Assembly: GCA_965215015.1 (NCBI GenBank)
Contig: OZ244042.1
Location: 2,304,001 to 2,368,000 of the forward strand
Origin: Candidatus Poribacteria bacterium
GTDB taxonomy: Bacteria > Poribacteria > WGA-4E > PCPOR2b
Reading direction: 5' to 3'
Length of the DNA stretch: 64,000 nt
The notes under the pieces: generated by a model
Seen by the model: the letters and a program-made list of their open reading frames with translations, nothing else
Told to the model about the DNA's origin: nothing
Database searches by the model: none
Shown: positions 7,618-16,338 of the stretch, one piece after another
Layout of the letters: every line of letters starts with the position of its first letter
Position numbering within the stretch: position 1 is the first letter of the stretch
Made by a program: the position numbers and the translations under genes

Positions 7618-9540
7618 TTAACGATAGAACGAATAGACCTCAATCCCCCAAAAGACACGGATGAGCACCCAACCCCCACCGACTATATACTCTCCGAACA
7701 GCAACCCCAAGAAAAAAGGCAATGTCTTCCGATAGAGCCGAATCCCACCGACCTTCAACACCGTCGCTTTTACCGCCCAACTGATAAATACCGAAAACCA
7801 TACCCAGCCGAAAGTCCAAGGGCTGCTGGCAATCGCGTAACCAGCGGGATGGAAGGGCCACAGTGGAAAGCGCACACGAATCGCCCAGAGGAACCCGGTA
7901 AAGAGGAAGCCGACCCCCATAAAAAGCACTGCGGGCACATCGGTCCCCGTTGGATTGTAGAGCCAGTTCCGCATATTGGCATACGCCCCGTTTCCCAACC
8001 CCACATTAATATTATCGCCACCGCTGCTGTAGGCGAGCGTAAGGTATGCCCAAAAGGTGGTCAAGATACCCGCCACAGTCGCCAAAACCATTATACCAAT
8101 TAAGCGGCGATGCGCCATCTGCGTCGCGTCCGCTACCTTGAATGCTTCCAGTGTGTGTGGCATCGGGTGGGCGCGATAACCGCGGTTGAAGGTGTAGTAA
8201 AACCCCATCATAACCAAACTCGGCGGCGGAATTCGACGAGTACCGATTGCGTCTGTGATGAAAAGACGGGGATTGACAAGGAACATCTCATTCGTCGGCG
8301 GCCCCACTTCCGCGCGGATGCGCCCTACAGCAATGGCCAAAAGGTAGTAGGTCAGAAAGTAGAGACCCGCCATCCAGAGCGTCATCCCACCGTAGTAGGA
8401 AAAAGCGAATAAGAAGATTACCCCGCCCGTCAATCCCAACACCGCCCACCGATACTTCATCGGTTCGTTCTCTTCGCCGGGTTGATCGCGCCAAAGGTTC
8501 TTGAAGATCGAAATAAAGTAGCGGCGCCCGCCGTATAGGGCAAAACAGGCGATGGCGAAAAAGGCACCGATACTTTGGGGACCCTCATAGGGGAAGCCCG
8601 GAAAACTGGCAAGCCCCAACGCCCGTCCCAAGATACGCTCTGCCTTCCAAAAAAGAAAGAAAAACCACAGCGAGAAGGACATCTCCAGCGGCATCAGAAA
8701 CCCCAATCCAAGTCCGAAGGGTAGTGTATAGAGCGGTGTCCACCCCATCGCGTTCCACGGCTTTTCGGTGAAGAACTGACCTATCTCCGCTTTGCGCACG
8801 GGGATCTCCGGGAACGCAGGAAACAAGACATGCAGGCCGTTGATTAGGTCAATACCGCCTGCAACAGCAAAACCAAGCCACATCATTTTAGATTTGAAAA
8901 GCGTCCCATCGGAGCGGGTCATCTCCAACGGCAGCTGAACGATTGGATACGCCAGCCGCTCTCTGACAATCCACTGCCGTCGCAGGATGGCATCCATACA
9001 AATCATCACCCAGATCAGAACCGATAAAAGCACTGTCCACCACAAAATCGGGCGTAGCCACGGTTGGAAGTGTGCTCTTGTATAGGGGGTACTCTGCCCC
9101 TCATAGAAATCGAGCAGGCTTAATGGATCTCTCACCGTCAACCACGGGGGCAGGTATCGCCAGAAAAGTGCCTTCCATTCGTTCTCAGGGGTGGCGAACC
9201 AAAAACCGTGCGGAAGAGTCGGCACGACAGTTTGCATAACATCGTGACCCGCAATTGCTGAGGAGATCGAGAGCATCATATAGATAGTCATGAGCTCCCC
9301 TTGTTGCAGCACGAAACGCGGGAGAAAACGCTTGATCAGCGAGTTTATGATGATCAACACCGTAAGGCTGATAACCACGTTGTAGATCAGCGACATCGTT
9401 GTGGCCAGTGTGCCGATGTACTTGACCTCGTTCGTGATAATAAAATAGGTGTTGACCGGCATCAGTGCCAATGCAAGTATGACCGCACGAAACGTTAATC
9501 CTGTGTGTGGGGTTTTACTACCAATTGATTGTTCAGTCAT
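7618..9540 (-). CDS. Polytopic membrane protein, DUF6785/DUF6784 (OPT-like peptide transporter) type
   Basis: 640 aa with many TM helices; motifs RRQWIVRERLAYPIVQLP and RFPLWPFHPAGY. Confidence 0.7.
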   Translation of the reverse strand: MTEQSIGSKTPHTGLTFRAVILALALMPVNTYFIITNEVKYIGTLATTMSLIYNVVISLTVLIIINSLIKRFLPRFVLQQGELMTIYMMLSISSAIAGHDVMQTVVPTLPHGFWFATPENEWKALFWRYLPPWLTVRDPLSLLDFYEGQSTPYTRAHFQPWLRPILWWTVLLSVLIWVMICMDAILRRQWIVRERLAYPIVQLPLEMTRSDGTLFKSKMMWLGFAVAGGIDLINGLHVLFPAFPEIPVRKAEIGQFFTEKPWNAMGWTPLYTLPFGLGLGFLMPLEMSFSLWFFFLFWKAERILGRALGLASFPGFPYEGPQSIGAFFAIACFALYGGRRYFISIFKNLWRDQPGEENEPMKYRWAVLGLTGGVIFLFAFSYYGGMTLWMAGLYFLTYYLLAIAVGRIRAEVGPPTNEMFLVNPRLFITDAIGTRRIPPPSLVMMGFYYTFNRGYRAHPMPHTLEAFKVADATQMAHRRLIGIMVLATVAGILTTFWAYLTLAYSSGGDNINVGLGNGAYANMRNWLYNPTGTDVPAVLFMGVGFLFTGFLWAIRVRFPLWPFHPAGYAIASSPWTFGWVWFSVFISWAVKATVLKVGGIRLYRKTLPFFLGLLFGEYIVGGGWVLIRVFWGIEVYSFYR

Positions 9541-9600
9541 AATAAGAGTTCATGAGTCCATTGGTTCACGCAATGGAGCGCAAAACCGCCCCCTCTCCGC

Positions 9601-10021
9601 CCCTCCCCCTGTTGCGGGGGGATTGAGGGGGGTGCCTTCCCTCCCCCTGTTGCGGGGGGATTGAGGGGGGTGCCTCCCCTCCCCCTGCTTGCGAGGGGAT
9701 TGAGGGGGGTGCCTCCCCTCCCCCTACTTACGTGGAGACTGAGGGGGGTGCCTTCCCTCCCCCTACTTACGTGGAGACTGAGGGGGGTGCCTTCCCTCCC
9801 CCTGCTTGCGTGGAGACTGAGGGGGGTGCCTTCCCTCCCCCTGCTTGCGTGGAGACTGAGGGGGGTGCCTTCCCTCCCCCTGCTTGCGGGGGGACCGAGG
9901 GGGGCGCCTCCCCTCCCCCTACTTACGTGGAGACTGAGGGGGGTGCCTCCCCTCCCCCTGTTGCGGGGGGATTGAGGGGGGTGCCTTCCCTCCCCCTGCT
10001 TGCGGGGGGACCGAGGGGGGT
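9601..10021. repeat. Tandem array of 11 x 38-39-bp GC-rich hairpin units
   Basis: Unit CCCTCCCCCT(G/A)CTT(G/A)CG-N-GAGGGGGGTGCCT(T/C). Single relatives occur at ~4287, 17770-17930, 23245, 40810, 50625, 56840-56905, 59190 and 62980. Confidence 0.9.
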
Positions 10022-10068
10022 GAGGCTAGAGAGTGAGAGAGGATTCGACAGCACCAGCATACTGGTGA

Positions 10069-10854
10069 TTATGCGAGTGCCTTCAGGCGGTCGTTATCAA
10101 TCGGTTGTAGCGGTGTGAAATCGCGGTTGTTGTGATACCAGGCACGCTCCGTGCCCGTACAAGCGTTGCTGACAGCATTATAGTTCAAATACATAATCGC
10201 GCGTTGCCAAGGAGAGACATTGTTGGCTGAACCGTGTACGACATTGCAATGGCAAAAGCAGACAGATCCTGCGGGCCCTATCAATGCTTCGATACCACTT
10301 GCTCCAGCCAGCTGCTCTAGGGTGGGATGATCAATATGGTGCAAGGCATACCCCTTCGCGTCCTTATGGGGTGTGGAGTCGAGGAGGCCATACGTATGTG
10401 AGCCCGGCACGACCAGTAACGGCGACGTAACCGCTGTGCAATCGTCTATAAACACGGAGGCCATAATACACTTCGGTTCCGTCATCCCGTCAATGCGATG
10501 CCACGGTGGGAAATCTTGGTGCCAGTCCCAAGACGCACCACCCCCAAAGCCCTGTTTGGGATTGAGACGGCTCTGATGGAGATACACATCATCAGCCAAC
10601 AGTTGGCGGACCGGGTTCAGTAGGCGTGGAAGCAGCGGGAGATACCGGAACGGTTCAGAGTAGACATGCGCTCCAAAGGCAAGCCTGACGGAGTTCGGAT
10701 CATCTTTCTCAGGTATTACCTCCGGGCCCCGGCGACTGAGGATTTGCGGCATCGCCCGCTGCAAAATCTTCACCTCATCGGCCTCTAGTAGACTTGGAAA
10801 AAGCAGGTAGCCCTGTTGATTGAAGCGGGCGATTTGGGCGTCGTTCAGTCTCAT
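10069..10854 (-). CDS. PhyH-family Fe(II)/2-oxoglutarate dioxygenase (EctD/proline-hydroxylase-like)
   Basis: WDWHQDF (HxD), VVPGSH, HCNVVHGSANNVSPWQR. Confidence 0.85.
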   Translation of the reverse strand: MRLNDAQIARFNQQGYLLFPSLLEADEVKILQRAMPQILSRRGPEVIPEKDDPNSVRLAFGAHVYSEPFRYLPLLPRLLNPVRQLLADDVYLHQSRLNPKQGFGGGASWDWHQDFPPWHRIDGMTEPKCIMASVFIDDCTAVTSPLLVVPGSHTYGLLDSTPHKDAKGYALHHIDHPTLEQLAGASGIEALIGPAGSVCFCHCNVVHGSANNVSPWQRAIMYLNYNAVSNACTGTERAWYHNNRDFTPLQPIDNDRLKALA

Positions 10855-10941
10855 GGTATCTATTCCGTATACCGAGAATTACTATTAGCCCCATCCTCAC
10901 AAAGGAAGAGACTGGGGAGGTTCAACCTCCCCAACCTGTTT

Positions 10942-12021
10942 TCACCGTTGACTCTTTAACGCGCCCCATTTCGTAGCTAACTTTTCCCGTGGATCAACCG
11001 AGAATTTCGCAGGGAAGGGCCAACCGGGTGGCTGATAGACCTCATTTTCTATCTCCTGTGCACCCGCACCGCCGTTCCAACCGCCAATGGTATAGATCTT
11101 TCCATTGGTGACAGCGACTCCAAAACTTCCCCTCGCAGTGGGCATCGGGTCCATGCGACGGAATTTATCCTCCTCTGGCGAGTATTCCCAGACATCGTGG
11201 TAAAAGACAAGATCCGGATCGTTGCCGCCCCCCTTAATTCCGCCTTTGCCCTTAAATTTCTCACCGCCCATGACATAAATTTTACCGCTATTGACAAAGG
11301 CGGCAGCGAAATTGTGAACGGGCCTCTGTATCTTTGCTTTGGGGGCCCATGTTTCTGTTTTGGTATCGTATTCGTCCACGTCCGTGGTTGACTCCTTATG
11401 GGTGAAATCGGTCGCGCCGCCAAAGATATAGATTTTCCCTTTGCCCGGCACAGCGGCACCCGCCGCTCCCCATCTTGGATTCGGCATGTCCTTTTTCTGC
11501 TCCCAAGTGTCGGTCACGGGGTTGTATACCTCGATCGCCGGAGACGGGAAAAAGACATCGGTTGCACCACCAACAGTATAAATCTTGCCACTCAACACGA
11601 CGGTTACCGGAGCGATTCGCGGCGTTGGCATGTCCGCTTTCCTCGACCAGGTGTCCGTCTTCGGGTCATACATTTCTACCGCTGCCACAGGTGCAATTCC
11701 GTCACGGGTCCCACCGATGACATAAACCTTCCCATCGTAAGAGACGGCGGTGTGACGCACCCGACCTGTAGGTATCGGCTTCTTTTCGACCCAGCTATCC
11801 TTATCTATGTTGTACTCTTCATTTTTGGAGATCTGGGGTGTATCATCTTGTCCGCCGATGGCGTAAACCTTGTTACCGACAGCGGCGGCTTCGACTCCCC
11901 ATCTATGCGTTGGCATCGGCTTCAATTTACGCCAGGCTGCGGAGCTGACCGTAGTGAAGCAAAAACTAAACAGTCCACATAGGATCAACCCTGCTAACAT
12001 TTGATAGCTTGTTCGCTTCAT
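10942..12021 (-). CDS. Secreted Kelch-repeat beta-propeller (paralog 5 of 5, subfamily A)
   Basis: Signal peptide; six Kelch repeats (K-I/V-Y-x-I-GG ... Y-D-P-x-T-D-T-W); tail GWPFPAKFSVDPREKLATKWGALK. Confidence 0.9.
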   Translation of the reverse strand: MKRTSYQMLAGLILCGLFSFCFTTVSSAAWRKLKPMPTHRWGVEAAAVGNKVYAIGGQDDTPQISKNEEYNIDKDSWVEKKPIPTGRVRHTAVSYDGKVYVIGGTRDGIAPVAAVEMYDPKTDTWSRKADMPTPRIAPVTVVLSGKIYTVGGATDVFFPSPAIEVYNPVTDTWEQKKDMPNPRWGAAGAAVPGKGKIYIFGGATDFTHKESTTDVDEYDTKTETWAPKAKIQRPVHNFAAAFVNSGKIYVMGGEKFKGKGGIKGGGNDPDLVFYHDVWEYSPEEDKFRRMDPMPTARGSFGVAVTNGKIYTIGGWNGGAGAQEIENEVYQPPGWPFPAKFSVDPREKLATKWGALKSQR

Positions 12022-12055
12022 CGTAATACCTCCTTGTTATTGCAAAACAGATTTG

Positions 12056-13126
12056 CTATTGATAGTTTTTAATCTCTCCCCATATCGTCGCTAGCTTGTC
12101 TTGGGGCTCGACCGAGAATTTCTCAGGGAAGGGCCAACCGGGCGGCTGATAAACGTGCATGCCATTTTCGTCACCGGCACCGCCCGCCCAGCCGGCGATG
12201 ACATAGATACGCCCATCCTCAACGGCAGATCCATAACTCGACTTTGCCTTGGGCATGGCTTGCATGCGACTCCACTTATCCTTTTCTGGTGAGTATTCCC
12301 AGACATCGTCATAGAAGGTCCAATCCGGGTCGTTAGCACCCCCATCAACGCCCCCTTTACCTTTCCATTTCTGACCGCCCATGACATAAATCATGCCACT
12401 GTTCACAAAGCTAGCGGAAAAATTATGAAGAGGCCGCTGCAACTTGGATTTGGGCGTCCAAGTCTCCGTTCTCGTATCGTATTCATCCACATCCGTGGTG
12501 GAGTTTTCGTGGGTGAAATCGGTTGCACCGCCAAAAATATAAATCTTCCCTTTGGTTGCGATGCCAGCACTAGCTGCCCCCCATCTTGGATTCGGCATAT
12601 CTGCCTTCTTCTCCCAAATGTCCGTCGTGGGGTTGTATACCTCGATCACCGGAGAGGGAAAGTAGAGGTCGGTTGCGCCGCCGATAACATAAATATTTGA
12701 ACTCATTGCGACCACCATCGGAGCAATCCTCGGGGTCGGCATATCCGCCTTCATTTTCCAGACATCGTTTTTGGGGTCATATTCCTCGACCCGCCCCACG
12801 GCACCAATCCCATCGAAGGTGCCCCCAAAGACATAAATCTTACCCTTGAAAGTGACCGCAGCGTGCCGCACTCGACCGCTCGGTATCTCCTTTCTCTCCT
12901 CCCATTTGCCCTGTCCTATATCAAATGCTTCTACTTTTGAAATCTTGGGGCTATCATCCTGTCCTGCGATGGCGTAAACTGTGCCACCGACAGCGGCAGC
13001 GGCTAACCCCCATCGACCCGTTGGGATAGGTCTCAACTCTCTCCAGGCTCCAAAGCCTGCCGCCGAAAAGCCGAACAGACTACATAACAACAATCCCGCT
13101 AACATTTGATATCTTGCCCGTTTCAT
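12056..13126 (-). CDS. Secreted Kelch-repeat beta-propeller (paralog 4, subfamily A)
   Basis: Same architecture; tail GWPFPEKFSVEPQDKLATIWGEIK. Confidence 0.9.
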   Translation of the reverse strand: MKRARYQMLAGLLLCSLFGFSAAGFGAWRELRPIPTGRWGLAAAAVGGTVYAIAGQDDSPKISKVEAFDIGQGKWEERKEIPSGRVRHAAVTFKGKIYVFGGTFDGIGAVGRVEEYDPKNDVWKMKADMPTPRIAPMVVAMSSNIYVIGGATDLYFPSPVIEVYNPTTDIWEKKADMPNPRWGAASAGIATKGKIYIFGGATDFTHENSTTDVDEYDTRTETWTPKSKLQRPLHNFSASFVNSGMIYVMGGQKWKGKGGVDGGANDPDWTFYDDVWEYSPEKDKWSRMQAMPKAKSSYGSAVEDGRIYVIAGWAGGAGDENGMHVYQPPGWPFPEKFSVEPQDKLATIWGEIKNYQ

Positions 13127-13151
13127 GTTACAGACCTCCTGTAAAAATTGA

Positions 13152-13271
13152 GACTCATGTTAAGAAATCGTGCAGCAGAAACCGTTAAAGCAGTAGGCAC
13201 GCTCCACGTGCCGTAAAATGAACCTATGAACCAATGGTTTTCGCGCTTCGCACTTTCTTTTAACATGAGTC
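13152..13271. mobile_element. MITE-like element with terminal inverted repeats and a nested REP-like palindrome
   Basis: GACTCATGTTAA at the left end and TTAACATGAGTC at the right end. The same end sequence (CATGTTAAGAAATCGTGCA) recurs at ~56798. Confidence 0.55.
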
Positions 13272-13347
13272 AAGATTCAATTTGGCTCCCCTTCAGAGAA
13301 CCCGACGCTTTCCCGGTTGAGTGATAGTTGTCTCCAAAATAGATGAG

Positions 13348-14000
13348 GGGTGCTCATAATTATTGGTTGTGTGTTTTCCTGCCCGCGGCGTGTGCCTACT
13401 CCCTTTTTCAGTTTGTAGTAGCGTGTTCATTGCGCGTCCCAACGGGTGATGAATCCCCCTACTACATACCTGAGGAGTATTCATACATAATTATCTGAAT
13501 CGCAGATGCAGCAGATGACACAGATACAGATATGAATCTCAGACGGTAGATGAGGCAAGAGCCCCCACCTACGGGGGGTGGAGATATTTTGTTTTTCGCC
13601 ATTATGATTGGGATTTTAGTTGTGTATTTTCCTTCCCGCGGCGTGTGCCTACTCCTTTTTTCAGTTTGTAGTAGCGCGTTCATTGCGCGTCCCAACGGGT
13701 GATTAATCCCCCTACTACATACCTGAGGGCTGCTCATAATTATTGTCTGAATCGCAGATGACACAGATACAGATATGAATCTCAGACGGTAGATGAGGCA
13801 AGAGCCCCCACCTACAGGGGGTGGAGATATTTTGTTTTTCCTAATGCCGTAACGATAGTGTGTTTTCCGGCCCGTGAATCGTGCCTACTCCTTTTTTTCA
13901 GTTTGTAGTAGCGCAATTCATTGCGCGTCCCAACGGGTGATTAATCCCCCTACTACATACCTGAGGGCTGCTCATAATTATTGTCTTGTCTGAATCACGG
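13348..14000. repeat. Tandem composite repeat with a ~240-250-bp period (about 2.7 units); a dispersed copy lies at ~58310-58530
   Basis: TACTACATACCTGAG recurs at ~13460, 13712 and 13951. Units contain CTCATAATTATTGTCTGAATC, GTGCCTACTCC and a REP-like pair. Confidence 0.8.
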
Positions 14001-14132
14001 AATTTAACGCAAAGTCACACCCCTTTCCCTCCCCGCTAAATACCCGGTGGGTTGTCCGTCAGTTCCTGGCTCATTGAGCCTAGAACGGTCTGATACCGTG
14101 TGGGTATTCGGGACTGAGTGGGGTTCTTGGAG

Positions 14133-15221
14133 CTACCGACGCCGTTTAATATCCCCCCATATCGTCGCTAGCTTGTCCTTGGGTGTGACCGAAAACGCTT
14201 TGGGGAAGGGCCAACCCTCAGGCGTATAGACTTCCGTCTCTCTCCGAGGGCCTCCGCCCCCGTGCCCACCGACCGCATAAATCTTCCCATTTAAGACAGC
14301 AGTTGCCAAAGTTGCCCGTGGGGTTGGCAGCTGATCCTTTAGCCTGGCCCATTTATTCTTCTCTAAGTCATATTCAAAGACAGTCCAATGCAAGATCCAC
14401 CCCTCAATCGGTTGACCATCTCTTTCGTTGCCGTTAAAGGTCCTCCCTCCAATGGCGTAAGCCTTTCCATTGTTGACAAAACCCACTGACATATCGTAAT
14501 AGGCGAGCGGCATGTTCGCTTTCTTGGTCCAAGTATCTGTCTTCGGGTCATATTCCTCGGTCAGGTCAGTATACTTTTGATGGGTGTTATCCACAGCACC
14601 GCCACAGATGTAAATCTTACCCCTAGCCGAAAAAACACCCGCACCCCATCTTGGGTTAGGCATATCCGCCTTCTTCTCCCATGTGTCGGTTACAGGGTCA
14701 TAGACCTCGACAGCAGCAGAGGGGAAAAAGAAGGAGTCCGCGCCACCGATGACATAAATCTTGCCACCCACTACCGCGGTAAGCGTTGACATCCTCGGGG
14801 TGAGCATATCCGCTTTGGCAGTCCATGTATCTGTCTTGAGATCGTATTCATCTACCAACGGAACCGCTTGGAAATTATCCTCCGTTCCCCCAAAAGCGTA
14901 AATCTTCCCTCTGACGAGGGCACTACTTACCCGAAATCTGCCTCGCTGCCATTTCTGTTTTACCTCCCACGCATCACGCACGGGATCATATTCTCCCACA
15001 AATCTACCCGGAGGTTTCAAATCATCCTGCCCGCCAAAGCCGTAAAGCTTATCGTTAAACGCTTCGACGCCTAACCCCCAGATACCTACAGCACGCGGGC
15101 CTAATTGTGGCAGATTGACTTTTTTCTCCCATTCTCCCGCGAAGCTGACCGCTGAAAAGCCGAACAGTCCGCACACTATCAAGCTTGTTAAAATGCTATA
15201 TGTAATATCGTGTTTTCTCAT
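14133..15221 (-). CDS. Secreted Kelch-repeat beta-propeller (paralog 3, subfamily B)
   Basis: ATG at 15221 after AGGAG; Kelch repeats; tail GWPFPKAFSVTPKDKLATIWGDIK. Confidence 0.9.
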   Translation of the reverse strand: MRKHDITYSILTSLIVCGLFGFSAVSFAGEWEKKVNLPQLGPRAVGIWGLGVEAFNDKLYGFGGQDDLKPPGRFVGEYDPVRDAWEVKQKWQRGRFRVSSALVRGKIYAFGGTEDNFQAVPLVDEYDLKTDTWTAKADMLTPRMSTLTAVVGGKIYVIGGADSFFFPSAAVEVYDPVTDTWEKKADMPNPRWGAGVFSARGKIYICGGAVDNTHQKYTDLTEEYDPKTDTWTKKANMPLAYYDMSVGFVNNGKAYAIGGRTFNGNERDGQPIEGWILHWTVFEYDLEKNKWARLKDQLPTPRATLATAVLNGKIYAVGGHGGGGPRRETEVYTPEGWPFPKAFSVTPKDKLATIWGDIKRRR

Positions 15222-15238
15222 GAGCAACTCCTAGTTTT

Positions 15239-16318
15239 TTATTGACTACGTTTAATTTTTCCCCATATCGCCGCTAGCTTGTCTTGAGGATCGACCGAAA
15301 AGCCGGCGGGGAAGGGCCAACCGTCGGCGGTGTATACCTCTGTAATTCCGGGGATGCCATTATGCCCCGCGATGGCATAAATCTTCCCATCTAGAACGGT
15401 TGAGGCTAAGCTCGCCCGTGGGGTTGGCATCTGATCCTTTAACCTGGCCCATCTATTCTTCTCCAAGTCGTATTCAAAAACGGTCCAATGATAGGTCCAA
15501 CCGTCAATTAGGCGTCCATCTCTGTCGTTACCGTCAAATGTCCTGCCCCCGATGGCATAAGCCTTTCCACTGTTGACAAAGCTCACCGCCATATCGTAAT
15601 AGGCGACTGGCATGTCTGCTTTCTCCGTCCAGGTGTCCGTCTTCGGATCGTATTCTTCCGTCAGGTCGGTATACTTTTGATGGCTCTGATCCACGGCACC
15701 ACCACAAACGTAAATCTTCCCCCTAGCAGCAAAAACGCCCGCCCCCCATCTCGGGTTAGGCATATCTGCCTTCTTCTCCCATGTGTCGGTTACGGGGTCA
15801 TATACTTCGACAGCGGCTGACGGAAAGTAGAAGGATTCCGCACCGCCAATGACATAAATCTTCCCACCCACCACGGCGGTTGCTGTCATCATTCTGGCGG
15901 TTGGCATATCGGCTTTAGGGGTCCACGTGTCCGTCTTCGGGTCGTACTGGTCCAAGAATGGGACCGCCTGAAAATTATCCTCTGTTCCTCCAACGGCATA
16001 GATTTTCCCTCTCACCAAAGCACTGCCCAACCGAAATCTGCCCCTTGGCCATTTCTTAAGTCTAATCCATTTGTCTCGATCTGGGTCGTATACATGCACC
16101 AATTTGCCCGCAGGCTGCAAATCATCTTGTCCGCCAAAGACATAAATTTGCCCATTGACCGCCTCGGCACCCAACCACCAAGCACCGCCTGAAATAGCAC
16201 CCATTTTGGGCAGCGTGGCTTTCTCTTCCCATTTTCCCCCCAAAGCCATTGTCGACAACCCAAATATTCCACACGCTACCAATCCCGGTATCAGGTAATG
16301 TAGTATCCGATGCTTCAT
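15239..16318 (-). CDS. Secreted Kelch-repeat beta-propeller (paralog 2, subfamily B)
   Basis: ATG at 16318 after GGAGG; tail GWPFPAGFSVDPQDKLAAIWGKIK. Confidence 0.9.
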   Translation of the reverse strand: MKHRILHYLIPGLVACGIFGLSTMALGGKWEEKATLPKMGAISGGAWWLGAEAVNGQIYVFGGQDDLQPAGKLVHVYDPDRDKWIRLKKWPRGRFRLGSALVRGKIYAVGGTEDNFQAVPFLDQYDPKTDTWTPKADMPTARMMTATAVVGGKIYVIGGAESFYFPSAAVEVYDPVTDTWEKKADMPNPRWGAGVFAARGKIYVCGGAVDQSHQKYTDLTEEYDPKTDTWTEKADMPVAYYDMAVSFVNSGKAYAIGGRTFDGNDRDGRLIDGWTYHWTVFEYDLEKNRWARLKDQMPTPRASLASTVLDGKIYAIAGHNGIPGITEVYTADGWPFPAGFSVDPQDKLAAIWGKIKRSQ

Positions 16319-16338
16319 GATATACACCTCCATCTTTT

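Noticed and set aside
9601-10021. CRISPR array
   Set aside because: Units are contiguous with no unique spacers, the variable cores recur, and there are no cas genes.
9449-10118. ORFs 9449-9664, 9661-9975 and 9732-10118 as repeat proteins
   Set aside because: They are translations of the 39-bp DNA repeat, open in several frames, with no RBS.
10069-10854. Bona fide ectoine hydroxylase ectD
   Set aside because: The signature deviates (WDWHQDFPPWHRIDGM versus FxWHSDFETWHxEDGM/LP), and no ect genes are nearby.
13293-13764. Two similar small ORFs (63 and 100 aa)
   Set aside because: Their similarity comes from the non-coding tandem repeat; starts and stops are not conserved between units.
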